From Coriobacteriia bacterium (lineage in GTDB: Bacteria; Actinomycetota; Coriobacteriia; WRKU01; WQUG01), in assembly GCA_009778715.1 (NCBI GenBank), contig WRFR01000002.1:45598-109597 (forward strand): 64,000 nucleotides of DNA, given 5' to 3'. Of the stretch, positions 19,788 to 29,725 are shown in pieces. The position numbers were made by a program, and so were the translations under genes. The notes below the pieces were generated by a model, which ran no database searches, was not told where the DNA came from, and worked only from the letters and a program-made list of their open reading frames with translations. Numbering within the stretch: the first letter of the stretch is position 1; every line of letters begins with the position of its first letter.

Positions 19788-21697
19788 AAGGTTACGGCGG
19801 GTTTGGCGCCTTCGTTGGCGCCAAAGTAGACGTCGTACCAGACAAGGAACGTGTAGACGGTCCAGATCTTGCGGGAGTTGTCCGCCTTGCCCGCCAGGTG
19901 ATCGTCGAGCAGTTTGTTCAGGCGCGCGGTATTGAAATAGCACTGTGCAGCTGGCGAGTTAAAGGCTTCGCGAATGCGCGCGACCCAGCGCTCTTCCGTC
20001 AGCCAGACGCGGATCGGCACGGGAAAGCCAAGCTTCTTCTTGTTCGCCCACTTCTCCGGCATCGCGCGGCGGGCCGCCAGGCGCAGGGGCTGCTTGGTCA
20101 CGTGATCATGCACGCGCATATGTGCCGGGATCTTGCCCGCCAGCCGCATGACTTCCTTATCCAGGAAAGGCGGGCGCAACTCAAGGGAGTTCGCCATGCT
20201 CATCTTGTCGGACTTGAGCAGGATGTCGCCGACCATCCAAGCGTTCAGGTCCACGTACTGCATCTTGGTGACAGCGTCCTTGTCCGCCACCTCCGCGTAC
20301 CAGAGCGCGACTACCTCTGCCGGCGTCGGCGCGCCTGCCGGGTGCTTGAGCAGCTTACGGCGCTCGTCAACGCTGAAAATGTTCGCGTTGCCAATAAACC
20401 AATCCTCCAGGCGCTTACCGCGACGCACGATAAAGTTCAGCCCGCGATGCGCGGGGAGCTTGCTGGCTATCACGCTGGCCACACGACGCAGGAAGAAGGG
20501 GATCTTGTCGTAGGCCGTCGCGTCAAGGGGCTCGTTATAGATGTTGTAGCCACCGAAGATCTCATCGGCCCCCTCGCCGGAGAGCACGACCTTCAACTGC
20601 TTAGCGGCTTCGCGCGCCACAAAATAGAGCGCCACGGCCGAGGCGTCAGCCAGCGGCTCGTCCATATGCCACTGCACGCGTGGGAAATAACCCCAGAACT
20701 CCTCCGGCGTGATGATCTTCGCAAAGTTCTTCACATCGATCAGCTCGCTCAGCTCACGCGCGTAATCGCATTCGTTGTACTTCTCGCCATTATCAAAACC
20801 GACCGTAAAGGTTTTATCCACGTCGGCACGACAGGCCACATAGCTACTGTCGACTCCGCTGGAAAGAAATGAGCCCACCTCGACGTCAGCGATCTTATGC
20901 GCCGCGATCGAATCATCCATGGTGGCCTCAACGCCATCTACCCAGTTATCAAGCGTAGGCTGATCGTCCTCGGTAAAAACGGGCTTCCAGTAGCGCCCCA
21001 TCTCAGGCTGCGCCATGCCCGGCATCCAGCGCATCCAGTGTCCCGGCGTCAGCTTGTAGCAGTTCTGGAAGAAAGTCTCCGGACCCGGCGAATACTGAAA
21101 GCTCAGGTAACTTTCCAGCGCGCGCTCATTGAGACGCGCCTCAAAGGCGGGGTGCTGCAAGATCGCCTTGATCTCCGAAGCAAAAAGGAAGACTGGAGCG
21201 CCAGGATCGACCGGACTTTCCGCATCGCTCCCTCTGCCCCATGCCCAGTAGAGCGGCTTGATGCCAAAAAAGTCACGCGCGACAAATATCTCGCGCGTCC
21301 GGGTGTTGTAAATCGCAAACGCGAACATGCCCCGCAGGTGATCGAAGAGATCTGTGCCCCACTGCTCGTAGCCATGCAGGACCACCTCTGAGTCCGCATG
21401 CGTTTTGAAGGTGTGCCCCGCCGCTTTGAGCTCCTCGCGTAAGGCCTGGTAATTGTAGATCTCCCCGTTAAGAACTGACACCAGCATGCCGTCCTCGTTG
21501 GTCATCGGCTGGCGACCACCCTCAAGGTCGATGATCGAAAGCCGTCGGAAGCCAGCCGCGTAACCGCCCGCCTCATCGATGAAGTACGACTCATCGTCCG
21601 GCCCCCGATGCGCGATCGTATCGGCCATAGCTTTGATGGTCGCCTGATGATCATAACTTGGTTGCTGCGGGTCAAGATACCCGACAAATCCGCACAT
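19784..21697 (-). CDS. asnB: Asparagine synthase (glutamine-hydrolysing)
   Basis: The 637-aa ORF has an N-terminal MCGF nucleophile Cys (Ntn amidotransferase) and the ..SGGVDSS..-like PP-loop FLSSGVDSS. Confidence 0.92.
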   Translation of the reverse strand: MCGFVGYLDPQQPSYDHQATIKAMADTIAHRGPDDESYFIDEAGGYAAGFRRLSIIDLEGGRQPMTNEDGMLVSVLNGEIYNYQALREELKAAGHTFKTHADSEVVLHGYEQWGTDLFDHLRGMFAFAIYNTRTREIFVARDFFGIKPLYWAWGRGSDAESPVDPGAPVFLFASEIKAILQHPAFEARLNERALESYLSFQYSPGPETFFQNCYKLTPGHWMRWMPGMAQPEMGRYWKPVFTEDDQPTLDNWVDGVEATMDDSIAAHKIADVEVGSFLSSGVDSSYVACRADVDKTFTVGFDNGEKYNECDYARELSELIDVKNFAKIITPEEFWGYFPRVQWHMDEPLADASAVALYFVAREAAKQLKVVLSGEGADEIFGGYNIYNEPLDATAYDKIPFFLRRVASVIASKLPAHRGLNFIVRRGKRLEDWFIGNANIFSVDERRKLLKHPAGAPTPAEVVALWYAEVADKDAVTKMQYVDLNAWMVGDILLKSDKMSMANSLELRPPFLDKEVMRLAGKIPAHMRVHDHVTKQPLRLAARRAMPEKWANKKKLGFPVPIRVWLTEERWVARIREAFNSPAAQCYFNTARLNKLLDDHLAGKADNSRKIWTVYTFLVWYDVYFGANEGAKPAVTL

Positions 21698-21931
21698 GGA
21701 TAACGCCTTTCATGAACGAACGCCCCATCACTACACCGTGACATAAGTATCCCTGGGACGCTTTTGCCACCAATGAGTCGCTCGTTCGATTTTATAGTGT
21801 CGCCCACCGCAACCACAAGAGCGTAGCGCAGTTGTAACGGGTGTCCCTGGCGCCGTCCATTCAGTTAGGTGTTCCTCCTGGAACCTGTCGCTTGCCCTCT
21901 CATGCTACGATAGCTTTACGAAAGGCGCCCC

Positions 21932-22237
21932 TTGAAGAGATGGAGTTCAAAAGTGAATGATTCGACCAATAAGCTTGCGCTACCGATCGCTCTTGGAGTC
22001 ATGATCTGGTTTCAGGCTCTGATCAACGCTCTGCTTTTTGTACTTGCATTGATCGGGATTGCCCCTTATTTTTCTTGGGTTGCCGCGATAGCTATGCCAC
22101 TGATTTCCTGCGCATCGATCATCACCTGCTTCATCTTTTCGCATCGGGGAAAAGTAAACATAGCATTTCCGATCATCGCATCGGTGTTTGGCGTCTCAAG
22201 TGTCTTAATGGTATTTGTTCTCCTGCTCCTCGGGTAA
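21932..22237 (+). CDS. Small three-TM membrane protein, unknown function (start uncertain)
   Basis: This is a hydrophobic ORF of about 100 aa in a locally AT-richer patch. An alternative GTG start at 21953 has a GGAG 7 nt upstream. Confidence 0.4.
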   Translation: MKRWSSKVNDSTNKLALPIALGVMIWFQALINALLFVLALIGIAPYFSWVAAIAMPLISCASIITCFIFSHRGKVNIAFPIIASVFGVSSVLMVFVLLLLG

Positions 22238-22309
22238 CTTGCCATAGGCATGAGTACCCTGCGTTGCTACCACCATGGTGACAAAAGGTAGTAGTACCTT
22301 CTGTCACGC

Positions 22310-23197
22310 TCAAAACGCCATGACGATGCCACCCTCATTGGCATAGACTGAGCTGATCCCCCGGGTCGCGACGATCAGGATCTCTTTGAATGCGTAGCGC
22401 GCCTCAATCACCTCTTTCAGCTTTTCCGCCAATGAGGGGTTGTTGCAATGCGTGATCACCATGTTCTTTCCTTTGGTATCACGGCCACTTTTCTGCACCA
22501 GGCTGGCAAGCTTTTCAGCAATTTGCCTCTTGCGCGTCGATCCAAACAGCGCAATATTGCCCTCTCCGTCCGATCCCAGAACCGGCTTGATACTCAGTAG
22601 CGTCACTATCTCGCCCACTATTTTATTCATGCGCCCGTTCTTCACCAAATTCTCAAGGCTCTCCAGCACGAAATAAGTCTTCATCGAGTGGATGAAGTCC
22701 TCAATAGAAGAGACGATTTTGTCCCAGGGATGCCCAGCGTCGACCATCTCTTTGACCTCAAGTGCGACCAGCACCTCTCCGGCGGTGGCGCTTTTTGAGT
22801 CAAAGACGTGCACCTTCGCGCTACTCTCCTTTTCCGCAAGCTTTTTTCCCAGCTCCGCGCTCTCATAGGAGCCGGACAACTGCGACGAGAGGGTCACCGC
22901 AAAAGAGGACCCCGCCGCTTCGTAGGCTTTTTGGTAAAGCTGTGGCGAGGGCGCCGCCGTGGTGGTCTTGCCGGTGTAGTTCTTCATCTTTTCCATAAAT
23001 GCTGGGAAATCGAGCGTGTCATCATCAGAGAACATCTCCTCGCCCAACAGGATCGTCAAAGGGATCGATACCACGTTCAACCGCGCCCTGAGTTCAGGGG
23101 TCATATCACAACAGCTGTCGGCAACGATCGTGTAATCTTTACTATCTATCTCGGGCCTTCCTTTCTGCAGATCGAATTCTGCCTTTGGTAATACCAT
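22310..23197 (-). CDS. DegV-family fatty-acid-binding protein
   Basis: The 295-aa ORF has the ..YTIVADSCCDMTPEL.. N-terminus and overall DegV pattern. Confidence 0.85.
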   Translation of the reverse strand: MVLPKAEFDLQKGRPEIDSKDYTIVADSCCDMTPELRARLNVVSIPLTILLGEEMFSDDDTLDFPAFMEKMKNYTGKTTTAAPSPQLYQKAYEAAGSSFAVTLSSQLSGSYESAELGKKLAEKESSAKVHVFDSKSATAGEVLVALEVKEMVDAGHPWDKIVSSIEDFIHSMKTYFVLESLENLVKNGRMNKIVGEIVTLLSIKPVLGSDGEGNIALFGSTRKRQIAEKLASLVQKSGRDTKGKNMVITHCNNPSLAEKLKEVIEARYAFKEILIVATRGISSVYANEGGIVMAF

Positions 23198-23226
23198 ATG
23201 AAATCCAGCCTCTTAACCATAGCAGA

Positions 23227-23261
23227 GAGAAATCGGCAGCGAAACCCGCTACCGATTTCTC
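23227..23261 (-). terminator. Hairpin after the substrate-binding-protein gene (weak terminator)
   Basis: The stem is GAGAAAUCGG-N15-CCGAUUUCUC. There is no clear U-tract, so read-through into degV is possible. Confidence 0.35.
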
Positions 23262-23279
23262 CTGCTTACCGGTCTGATC

Positions 23280-24341
23280 TTATTTCGTAGTGGCGGGCGC
23301 TTTCACCGCATCTACATATTTCGCGGGAACCGTGATGCCAAAGGCTTTGACCAGGTCGGCATTGATCGTGACCGAAGTCTTCTCGGTCCACTCGATCGGC
23401 AGGTCAGCTGGCGTCTTTGCTCCAGAAAGAATCTGGATCGCCATGTCGGCAGTCTGCCTGCCCAGATCGGTGTAATCGATGCCCATTGTTGCGAAACCAC
23501 CGTCATCGACCATCGTATCCGAACCAGTGATCGTCACCAACTTGGCTGGCGTCGTGATGCCCGCCACCGTCTTCATAGCAGAAGCCAGGGTGTTATCCGT
23601 TGGAATGTAGATGTAGTCGCACTTACCCACCAGCGACTGCGTGGCTTGCTGCACGTCATTAACGGTGGCAACGGTAACTTCCTTGACTTGCATGCCCTGG
23701 TCGGCGATTGCCTGCTTAGCCAGCTTAGCCTGGACCACCGAGTTGGCTTCACTTGAACTGTAGAGCAATCCGACCGTTTTTGCGGTTGGCACGAGCTCCT
23801 TGCCCAACTTGATCTGGTCGGCGATTGAGACCAGGTCTGAGGTTCCTGTAACGTTGCGCCCCGGCTTGTCATTGGAGACGACCAACTTGGCTGCCTCGTA
23901 GTCTGTGATAGCGGTTCCTATGATAGGGATCGTGCTTGTCTGGTTAGCTACTGCTTGCGCAGCTGGGGTCGCGATTGCCAGGATCAGGTCTTTCTTTTCA
24001 GCTACGAACTGATTTGAGATCGTGCTGAGGTTGTTCGTATCACCCTGGCCATTCTTGAAGTCGAGCTTGATGTTGCCGCCATCCTTATAGCCTTTGGCAG
24101 CCAACTCTTCCTTGAAGCCCGTATAGGCGGCGTCAAGCGCCGGGTGTTCGACATATTGTATGACGCCTATCTGATAGACTTTCTTGCCCGCATTTTGCGT
24201 GCTGGCGTTGTTGTTGCCTGATGACCCGCAGGCAGCCAGCGCTCCTGTCATCAACACCGCAAGCATGAGCAGCCCTAAACGTCGCGCCCATGCACCAACG
24301 TATCCGCTGCTCTTTCTTTTTGCTTTGTTCCTGTACTCCAT
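23280..24341 (-). CDS. ABC-transporter substrate-binding lipoprotein (ABC_sub_bind / TrpX-like family)
   Basis: The likely start is MEYRNKAKRK.. (ATG at 24341, with a GGAGG SD), and there is a lipobox LAACGSS. ..YQIGVIQYVEHPALDAAYTGFKEEL..ILAIATPAAQAV.. is typical of this family. No permease or ATPase gene is adjacent. Confidence 0.8.
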   Translation of the reverse strand: MEYRNKAKRKSSGYVGAWARRLGLLMLAVLMTGALAACGSSGNNNASTQNAGKKVYQIGVIQYVEHPALDAAYTGFKEELAAKGYKDGGNIKLDFKNGQGDTNNLSTISNQFVAEKKDLILAIATPAAQAVANQTSTIPIIGTAITDYEAAKLVVSNDKPGRNVTGTSDLVSIADQIKLGKELVPTAKTVGLLYSSSEANSVVQAKLAKQAIADQGMQVKEVTVATVNDVQQATQSLVGKCDYIYIPTDNTLASAMKTVAGITTPAKLVTITGSDTMVDDGGFATMGIDYTDLGRQTADMAIQILSGAKTPADLPIEWTEKTSVTINADLVKAFGITVPAKYVDAVKAPATTK

Positions 24342-24404
24342 CGTGCGCCTCCTGTTTCTGGCAGGTCCAAACCTGCCCTTGGTGAGTGGACCGGAGACGC
24401 CTAC

Positions 24405-24686
24405 AAAAAACGTCCTCCGGCGCTTACGCCAGAGGACGAGTTGTGCTCGTGTTACCACCTCTGTTCGCTGTCCCGTCACCGAGAGCAGCCTCACCGAGTA
24501 ATCCTTCAATCACTCCCCGCTATCACGGGCGGACCCGGCTTGTTTTACTCAGCACCCCGTTAAGGTTTATGCGCTTTTCTCCAAGCAGCTCAGGAGGGAA
24601 ATTTCAGATCGCCTATCGCGCCCCTCACACCGACCGGGAACTCTCTGAGCGACTTACGGCGTCTTACTGACCTCCGTCAAAGCTGA
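24405..24686 (-). promoter_or_regulatory. T-box riboswitch leader
   Basis: The minus-strand RNA has all expected T-box parts:
- Stem I, with an AGUA S-turn element, an AGAGAG bay and a GGUCGGUGUGA distal loop.
- The antiterminator AGAGG-UGGUAAC-ACGAG-CACAA-CUCGU-CCUCU, carrying the T-box sequence GGUGGUAAC.
- A competing terminator CGUCCUCUGGCG-UAAG-CGCCGGAGGACG followed by UUUUUU (24405-24438). Confidence 0.85.
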
Positions 24687-24693
24687 TTTAAAT

Positions 24694-24699
24694 ATTATA
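24694..24699 (-). promoter_or_regulatory. -10 hexamer TATAAT for the T-box leader
   Basis: The minus strand reads TTACAG-N15-TATAAT, with a TG immediately upstream of the -10. It lies about 10 nt before the base of Stem I. Confidence 0.5.
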
Positions 24700-24738
24700 C
24701 AAGAATTTTGTTACCTGTAAAGTAGTATTTTTTTATAC

Positions 24739-24821
24739 GAAAAAATATCGCCTGGCCTGCTTGGCAAAACAATGCGGATCCAAGTGTGCCCGAGAGTTTT
24801 GCAGGAACAGAGCCAGGCGAT
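24739..24821 (-). terminator. Long structured hairpin plus U-tract downstream of ftsZ
   Basis: An outer 10-bp stem AUCGCCUGGC / GCCAGGCGAU encloses a partly paired interior of about 55 nt. It is followed by AUAUUUUUUCG and starts 12 nt after the ftsZ stop. Confidence 0.5.
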
Positions 24822-24832
24822 GTATAGGTGCG

Positions 24833-25915
24833 TCAGTAGCTGCGCTTCTTCAAAAACGCAGGTATATCAATGTCATCATCTTCCATCGGCGTGAACGTCG
24901 GGAGTCCACCCAGCGTCCCTTCATCATCGCCGCTCAAAGAAAGCGAGCCTTGGCGTGTCTTACGGGCGCCATTGAATCCCGTCGCGATCACGGTCACGCG
25001 GATCGAGTCGCCCAGCGCATCGTCGATGACCGCGCCGAAGATGATGTTGGCGTCGGGGCTCGCGGCGTTCGCGACGATCTCCGCTGCCTCGTTAGCTTCA
25101 AGCAAGCCCAGGTCACTGCCACCAGCGATCGAGAGGATTACGCCATCGGCGCCCTGTATAGAAGACTCCAGAAGCGGACTTGAGATTGCCGCTGTCGCTG
25201 CGTCGGTCGCGCGCGTATCACCATTAGCAACACCGATACCCATCAATGAGGTACCCGCATCCTGCATGACGGTACGGATATCTGCGAAGTCAAGGTTGAT
25301 CAAACCGGGAACAGTGATGAGGTCGGTGATGCCCTGGGTTCCCTGGCGCAGGATGTCATCGGCATAACGGAAGGCATCAAGGATCGAGGTCTTCTTCTCG
25401 GCGACCTGTAACAAACGATCATTAGGAATGATGATGAGCGTATCAACTGCCTCTTTAAGGCGCTTGATCCCCTCTTCTGCTTGCTGCGCGCGCTTGCGTC
25501 CCTCAAAGGCGAACGGTCGTGTTACCACGCCAACGGTCAGCGCGCCAGCTTCGTCTTTGGCGATGCTTGCGATAACAGGCGCCGCGCCCGTACCGGTACC
25601 GCCGCCCTCACCTGCCGTCACGAATACCATGTCAGCACCCTGCAGCGCCTCACGGATCTCTTCGCGGTTCTCTTCAGCGGCCTCAGCGCCGACGTCAGGA
25701 TTGGCGCCCGCCCCTAAGCCCTTGGTCAGATTGACGCCGATATGAACCTTGTAGTCCGCATCAGACATCAAGAGAGCCTGAGCGTCAGTGTTGATAGCAA
25801 TGAACTCAACACCCTTGACACCCGCCTCGATCATTCGATTGATCGCGTTGGTACCCCCACCGCCAACACCGATAACTTTTATCACCGCAAGATAGTTTGC
25901 GCCTGGATCCAGCAT
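24833..25915 (-). CDS. ftsZ: Cell division protein FtsZ
   Basis: It has ..[17 protein letters not shown].. and the tubulin signature [11 protein letters not shown]. The length is 360 aa. Confidence 0.98.
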   Translation of the reverse strand: MLDPGANYLAVIKVIGVGGGGTNAINRMIEAGVKGVEFIAINTDAQALLMSDADYKVHIGVNLTKGLGAGANPDVGAEAAEENREEIREALQGADMVFVTAGEGGGTGTGAAPVIASIAKDEAGALTVGVVTRPFAFEGRKRAQQAEEGIKRLKEAVDTLIIIPNDRLLQVAEKKTSILDAFRYADDILRQGTQGITDLITVPGLINLDFADIRTVMQDAGTSLMGIGVANGDTRATDAATAAISSPLLESSIQGADGVILSIAGGSDLGLLEANEAAEIVANAASPDANIIFGAVIDDALGDSIRVTVIATGFNGARKTRQGSLSLSGDDEGTLGGLPTFTPMEDDDIDIPAFLKKRSY

Positions 25916-26116
25916 ACCGGAACCTGCCTTCCTGTCTTCGTGAAACCTTCAAGTTAAACTTAAGAGTAACCCTAAAGGTATAACGGAGTATATTCTCACA
26001 GACTTTTCCACAACTCAAGGGCAAATGGAAAATTACCTTAAGAATTACTTGAGGGTTTTGAATAACCCCAGTTCAGAAGGTGTATCCACTAAAAAACATT
26101 TTGGTGTCCGCGGGGC

Positions 26117-27328
26117 TTACTTGGCAGTATCAAGGCCTCGCCATGTCGCTTTATCAACCGCGAGAACATTGATGAGGTTTACTTTGCCCTTCTGCTGTTC
26201 CAGGATATCCCGTATGATCTTGTCCTTATCGGAAATAGGATCTGCCGCGCCGATATCAACTTCGACCTTGTTCTTCAAGTAGAGCCTGGTTTCCGTTACA
26301 CTCGGAGCAGAAACACTTCCGATCTGTGCCCGAAGATCGGGAGAGACCCCATTCAGGATCGCGAGCGTGTTCTTTATCATCTCGTTCTTGCTCGGCGCCC
26401 CCATCACGAACTGAGGATCTTCAACGTCTTTTATGGTTACGACTGAGGAACTCTCCTCAGAAGAAAGCGCCCGTGCCTCGCCCCCTGTAACCAGGGCGGA
26501 GATCGTCGTGTTCCCGGCGTTGTAGGTACCCAGCCACACGCCATCTTGCGAGATTAGCCATCCCTGTTTTTTGCCCGTGCCATTATCGACATAGGCGGCA
26601 GGTTTTCTTTCCACAATATCGATCGTGACCTGATGCAGGAGATGCCGTTTCACACGGGCGCTGCTGATCCAGGCGTTCTCTTCCAGCTTCTTCTCAGTCT
26701 TGCGCACAGAAAGCAGCAAGGTCGTGCTGCCAGAAGGAATCGCAGCTAGGGTCTTTACCTCGTTTTTAGTCATCAGATGGTTGCCTGTGACCTGGATATC
26801 AGTGACCGCAAAAAGTGACGAGTGCGCCGCAAAGTTCACTCCATAGATCAATGCGGCGATAAGGGCGACCACTCCTATAATCAGTAGCACACGGCGTACG
26901 CTGCTTTTCTTCTTGCGCACCTCACGCTGCTGTCGTTTTCTCTCTGCCAGCTGTTGCGCTTCACTCATCCTGGCGGAGCGCTGGCGCCTTGCCTCACCGG
27001 TTGTACGCGCACCCTTCTGCCGAGGTGGATCCTGCTTTGTCTTTTTCTGCCGTTTGCCTGCCGCTGGTCTCTTCTTGCCAGGAGCTGGATCTGATGCAAG
27101 GCCAACCTCATGTTCCAGTTGGGTGGTCCCCCGATCAAGTCTGCTCGTCACCTCCAGGCGCTTGCGAGACCGGCGCCCCGGATGCACGCCTGACCTGTTG
27201 GGCGACGGCGGTGTACCATCCCGACGCGACACGTGCGTACGCTGGCGCGAAGACGCAGCTTGTGTGCGAACATCAGCGTTCGTTAAACGATCCGAGGAAC
27301 CGGATTTCTGGTTTGAGTTCGATGTCAT
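26117..27328 (-). CDS. ftsQ: Cell division protein FtsQ/DivIB with a long basic disordered N-terminal region
   Basis: The order is a single TM (VLLIIGVVALIAALIYGV), then POTRA-like ..VTDIQVTGNHLMTKNEV.., between murB and ftsZ. The start is taken at MTSNSNQ (ATG 27328). The first 150 aa or so are Arg/Lys/Gln-rich. Confidence 0.8.
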   Translation of the reverse strand: MTSNSNQKSGSSDRLTNADVRTQAASSRQRTHVSRRDGTPPSPNRSGVHPGRRSRKRLEVTSRLDRGTTQLEHEVGLASDPAPGKKRPAAGKRQKKTKQDPPRQKGARTTGEARRQRSARMSEAQQLAERKRQQREVRKKKSSVRRVLLIIGVVALIAALIYGVNFAAHSSLFAVTDIQVTGNHLMTKNEVKTLAAIPSGSTTLLLSVRKTEKKLEENAWISSARVKRHLLHQVTIDIVERKPAAYVDNGTGKKQGWLISQDGVWLGTYNAGNTTISALVTGGEARALSSEESSSVVTIKDVEDPQFVMGAPSKNEMIKNTLAILNGVSPDLRAQIGSVSAPSVTETRLYLKNKVEVDIGAADPISDKDKIIRDILEQQKGKVNLINVLAVDKATWRGLDTAK

Positions 27329-28208
27329 AGCTATTCTGTACTTTATCACGAATCTCTTTAATAAGCCGAGTAACATCAAGCGCAGAAGCCGCGCCTGAGT
27401 TGACGATGAAGTTTGCATGAAGCTCAGAGACCTGGGCGCCACCACAGCGCACACCCTTCATCCCCACGTTCTCGATGAGTTCTCCTGCCGACGTCCCTTC
27501 GGGGTTCTTGAACACCGAACCGGCATTCGGTACGAATAAGGGCTGGGACGCTTTTCGCCGAGCCAAAGCTCCCTCCACCCGCTGGGCGATCAGTCGCGGA
27601 TCTCCCGGACTCAGAGCAAGGCGCGCCTCCAGGATCACGGCCGCATTGCGCAGGCTGCTACCCCGATACTGCCAGGAGATATCACTGCCATGCAAAAGCT
27701 GCAGGCCATCCGGCTGAGCGAATACGGTGACCTCACGAACCAGCGAGCCGATCCATTCGCTACGGGTGCCGACGTTTCCCGCCAATGCTCCACCCAGCGT
27801 ACCAGGAATGCCCGTAGCGAACTCGAGGCCGGATAATCCAGCGGATTGCGCTTCCTGGACTAAGCGAGCAAGCAGGGCACCCGCACCTGCTCTCAGGCTT
27901 TGCTCCTCACGGCAAACAGCGCTTTCGCGGAAGTGAGGGCCGAGCACCAGGCAAATCCCGTCATAGCCCTCATCGGACGCGAGGATATTCGTGCCGCGAC
28001 CCAGGACGCACAGGTCGAGACCCTGGCAAGCCGCCATCTCATGGACCCGGCGCACGTCTGCCAGCGAGTTCGCTTCGACCCACAGCGCCGCAGGCCCACC
28101 GATGCGGTAACTCGTATGTTTACTCAGAGCCTCGTTGCGCTTGCAGTTGCCATCAAGATCCTGTTTCAGGACACAGGCTAGTTCGTCATACAATCGCTCG
28201 TTTCGCAT
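27273..28208 (-). CDS. murB: UDP-N-acetylenolpyruvoylglucosamine reductase
   Basis: The 311-aa ORF has an FAD-binding pattern ..LSKHTSYRIGGPAALWVE..VLGRGTNIL.. and a C-terminal ..AGSVFKNP... Confidence 0.93.
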   Translation of the reverse strand: MRNERLYDELACVLKQDLDGNCKRNEALSKHTSYRIGGPAALWVEANSLADVRRVHEMAACQGLDLCVLGRGTNILASDEGYDGICLVLGPHFRESAVCREEQSLRAGAGALLARLVQEAQSAGLSGLEFATGIPGTLGGALAGNVGTRSEWIGSLVREVTVFAQPDGLQLLHGSDISWQYRGSSLRNAAVILEARLALSPGDPRLIAQRVEGALARRKASQPLFVPNAGSVFKNPEGTSAGELIENVGMKGVRCGGAQVSELHANFIVNSGAASALDVTRLIKEIRDKVQNSYDIELKPEIRFLGSFNER

Positions 28209-28216
28209 AGGTTTCC

Positions 28217-29725
28217 CTATGGCTGTACTGTGGGCGTCAAGGCGCTTGCTGTGCCGGGCTCTCCCGCCACCGGAGCCTCGGCCTCGGCGCCATACGCAGA
28301 GCGCGCCCCAAGCTCCCGGTCATGATGCTCCAGGAATAACGGCCCTAGCAGGGTCACATCACCGGCGCCCATCGTGATAAGCAGGTCACCTGCTCGCAGG
28401 CTCTCTTCGAGATAAGGTATCAGTTCCGACCTGTGCGGCAGGTAAGCGACATCGATATGAGGGTGATGAGTCAGAAGCGTTTCCAGGATGGTCCGGCCGG
28501 TCACGCCCGGTATCGGCGTCTCCCCGGCGCTATAGATATCAGTAAGGATCACCTTGTCTGCCGCCGCGAATGCCTCCCCGAAATCCTCGGCAAAAGCCTG
28601 GGTGCGAGAATAACGATGCGGCTGGAACACCACAACGACCCGGCCAGGCCACAGGTGCGACGCGCCCGTAAGGGTCGCCGCGATCTCGGTGGGGTGATGA
28701 CCATAGTCATCGACCACCCTGATGCCATCGGCGGTGATGCCCACCATATCGAAACGGCGATGGACCCCCTTAAACGTTGACAGCGCCTGTGCCGCGTGAT
28801 CGGGATCAGCCCCTAAGAGATCGGCGACTGCCAGGGCCGCAGCACCATTTGCGACCATGTGAGCGCCTGGCAGCTCGACCTGAGACGTCCTCAGGCTCCC
28901 ATCGGGATAGCGAAGCTGGAACACCGAACCTAAGCCCTTCTGCTCAATATCCAGGATATGATAATCATCATCAGGGCCCGTGCCATAGCGCAGTACACGC
29001 CGACCACAGCCCAAAGCGACCTCAAGCGCATTTGCGCTCTCGCCATGCACAATAACGGTCCCCTCGAGATCAAGGCGATCCAGAAACGCGGCGAAGGTCG
29101 TCTTGATGTCATCGAGATCCACGTAGTGATCCATATGGTCTGATTCAAGATTGGTCAGCACAGCGACCTGAGGGGACAAGTAGAGGAAGCTCCGATCGCT
29201 CTCATCGGCCTCGACCACGAAATCGATGCCCTCGCCCGCGCGCGCGTTCGTCTCAAACTGCGTGATCTGGCCACCGATACAAAAGCCCGGGCTGTAACCG
29301 AGCTCGGTGAGCAACACCGCTATCATAGAGGAAGTCGAGGTCTTGCCATGCGTCCCAGCCACAGCGACCGTACGCCGCCCCTGGCACAGCCAGGCAAGCA
29401 TCTGCGCTCGAGGCCAGACGGGGATGTTGCGCTGACGCGCCTCCTGTAACTCGGGGTTATTGTCCGTGATAGCCGTCGAGATGACTACAACATCGGGATC
29501 AGTGATGTTCTCAGGCTGATGGCCAGTGATGACCTTCATGCCTGCTTCGCGCAGCGCCCGGGTATAACGTGAGTCCTTCAGGTCCGAGCCTGTTACCACA
29601 ACCTGACCACGCGCCAGAAGTACCAGCGCCAGCGCCGACATGCCCGCTCCCCCTACACCGATGAAGTGTACATGGGAAAGTGAGCGATCAAGGCCGCTTG
29701 TTCCGGGCTGTTCCTGTTGGGTCAT
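28217..29725 (-). CDS. murC: UDP-N-acetylmuramate--L-alanine ligase
   Basis: The start is taken at MTQQEQ.. (ATG 29725). It has ..HVHFIGVGGAGMSALALVLL.. and the P-loop AGTHGKTSTSSM. The longer track ORF is an upstream extension inside murG. Confidence 0.93.
   Translation of the reverse strand: MTQQEQPGTSGLDRSLSHVHFIGVGGAGMSALALVLLARGQVVVTGSDLKDSRYTRALREAGMKVITGHQPENITDPDVVVISTAITDNNPELQEARQRNIPVWPRAQMLAWLCQGRRTVAVAGTHGKTSTSSMIAVLLTELGYSPGFCIGGQITQFETNARAGEGIDFVVEADESDRSFLYLSPQVAVLTNLESDHMDHYVDLDDIKTTFAAFLDRLDLEGTVIVHGESANALEVALGCGRRVLRYGTGPDDDYHILDIEQKGLGSVFQLRYPDGSLRTSQVELPGAHMVANGAAALAVADLLGADPDHAAQALSTFKGVHRRFDMVGITADGIRVVDDYGHHPTEIAATLTGASHLWPGRVVVVFQPHRYSRTQAFAEDFGEAFAAADKVILTDIYSAGETPIPGVTGRTILETLLTHHPHIDVAYLPHRSELIPYLEESLRAGDLLITMGAGDVTLLGPLFLEHHDRELGARSAYGAEAEAPVAGEPGTASALTPTVQP

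Noticed and set aside
21698-21931. Possible T-box or other riboswitch in the long asnB 5' leader (contains UUGGUGGCAAAAGCG)
   Set aside because: There is no antiterminator/terminator pair, no U-tract terminator and no Stem I features. The resemblance is limited to a GGUGG pentamer.
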